Below are positions 62,557 to 64,000 of a DNA stretch of 64,000 nt, piece by piece. Each line of letters opens with the position of its first letter. Position 1 is the first letter of the stretch. The position numbers were made by a program, and so were the translations under genes. This DNA comes from Pseudogymnoascus verrucosus (taxonomy: Eukaryota), in the NCBI GenBank assembly GCA_001662655.1, contig KV460232.1; one strand, written 5' to 3'. The notes beneath the pieces are model-generated. The model had not been told where the DNA came from. It worked only from the letters and a program-made list of their open reading frames with translations, and searched no databases.

Positions 62557-63541
62557 CTTCGAGGTTGCAGGCGGTATAAGTGTGTGAAAATCGAGGTATA
62601 TCACAGGTCTCCGGCAAGTTACTCGACATGTGGTGCTCTCATAGCAATGTGCATGGCACTAATATACCCATATGATTGTCGACAATTGAGGGAATCGCAA
62701 TAGTCCAGCTTACCGTAGTGCAACCCAAGTGAGGGGACAAGTCAATCGGGCGCCTGAGAGGCAGCCACGACATGCCCTCATTCTTTCAATAGGTTTGTGA
62801 CGACCTCATTCACATGATATGACGCATGTAGAATGTAGAACCAAATTCTGTTTACTTTGGTATAAGACAGCCACCGCGCCCTCCCTTACCTCCGCTCCGC
62901 TCTCCCCCAACACCAAGCTTTCCCATGGTCCCACTCCGCTCTGCCAGCCAAGCCACCCGCCATAATCCGGGGAATCCCAAGCACCGAACGCCGACCTCTT
63001 CCTCCCCCGCCATCTTCCCCCTCCTCCCCACCGTAAAACAAAGACTAACCCCGTGATTCCGCTCGCCAAGTTCTCCAACTTACCCCATTCACAATGCCGA
63101 CACAACCCGCGGTCTAAAACTGCCGCCTCGTAAATCGGACAAACCACTACAATCCACCCAATCACGGGAGTCCGGCGATGACGACGAGGAGGACTTGACG
63201 AGGGCTTGACGATAGCTTGACGAAGGCTCTACCATTGAACGGAACCTATGCGTTGGAGTGGGTGTCTCGGGGAGAGGGGTTGGGGGAGCGGGTTGTCGAA
63301 TCACAGCTCTGAAGATGGTGATTAGTGAGCTCCCCAGATGCGGCATCTCTACCTTGGTATACCGCGGTGTACTTTGGGGTGAGATATGGATACACGGGTA
63401 GACATGGAGCGCGGCGGGGTCTAGGGTTGCAGACGGATATTCACAGTCTGTGTATATTGCATTATATATATATCCAAAGACACCTTTTCACCGTCTTTTA
63501 CACCTTTATCAACTTCCACAGTGAAAAAGACAGCCATCAAG

Positions 63542-64000
63542 ATGTTGGCTCAGCTACAGGATGTCGCGCCCACGAGGCTGGCCATGCTGGTCCTCGGTGG
63601 ACTGGTGGCATCGCTTTTTATCTACGTAGGTCGCCCGGCTTCAGATCTCGAGATCACCGCGTTTCTCACGCTCTTCCCCGTTCTTGAGCTAACCAGATCT
63701 CACAAAGGCCCTCCTCGTCTCATTCTACCGCCTCACTCTCCACCCTCTGGCCTCCTACCCAGGCCCCTTCCTCGCAAAGATCACAGACTGGCACCAAGTA
63801 TACCACGCCTACCATGGAAACCGCCATCTCTCTCTCTACCTCATGCACGAGAAATATGGTATTTCCTCTCTCCCCAGCCTGTCTAAACCCCTCCTCTAAT
63901 AATCCCAGGTCCCCTCGTCCGCTACGGCCCCAACAGCCTCTCCACCAACACCGCAACTGCCCTCCACAGCATCTACGGCTTCCACTCCCCCGTCCAGAAG
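63542..64000 (+). CDS. Cytochrome P450, N-terminal part; continues outside the window
   Basis: TM anchor, then YRLTLHPLASYPGPFLAKITDW, HEKY|GPLVRYGPNSLS and ALHSIYG. Two introns. Confidence 0.9.

Overview
Intron-containing genomic DNA from a filamentous ascomycete. A Leotiomycete, Pseudogymnoascus-like origin is my impression only. About 25 protein-coding genes are present, with partial genes at both ends. Most are conserved housekeeping genes: C2H2/fungal transcription factor, RSM22, LIP2, otubain, CSN2, CWC25, RHO3, HST2-type sirtuin, FAR10/VPS64-type FHA protein, 2OG-Fe(II) oxygenase, RBM5/10-like protein, MGR2, MoaE and IPI3. A partial tyrosine-catabolism (pyomelanin) cluster (maiA ... 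hppD-hmgX/TTC36-like) is interrupted by a pectate lyase. An AAA ATPase, a methyltransferase and a P450 lie at the right edge. The most unusual part is an accessory-looking island at about 26.9-32.5 kb holding two convergent genes. The first is an 8-exon gene fusing a SesB/DUF676-like alpha/beta hydrolase, a ZZ-like zinc finger and about 14 ankyrin repeats; it is NLR-like but has no NACHT/NB-ARC domain. The second encodes a probably secreted Kex2-processed repeat precursor (KEP/RiPP-like) with a 10-Cys N-terminal domain, five Cys-ENG-Cys modules and eight EGDPRD repeats, and no DUF3328 tailoring gene is recognisable in the window. Exon boundaries were read by eye and all family assignments come from motif recognition, not database searches.
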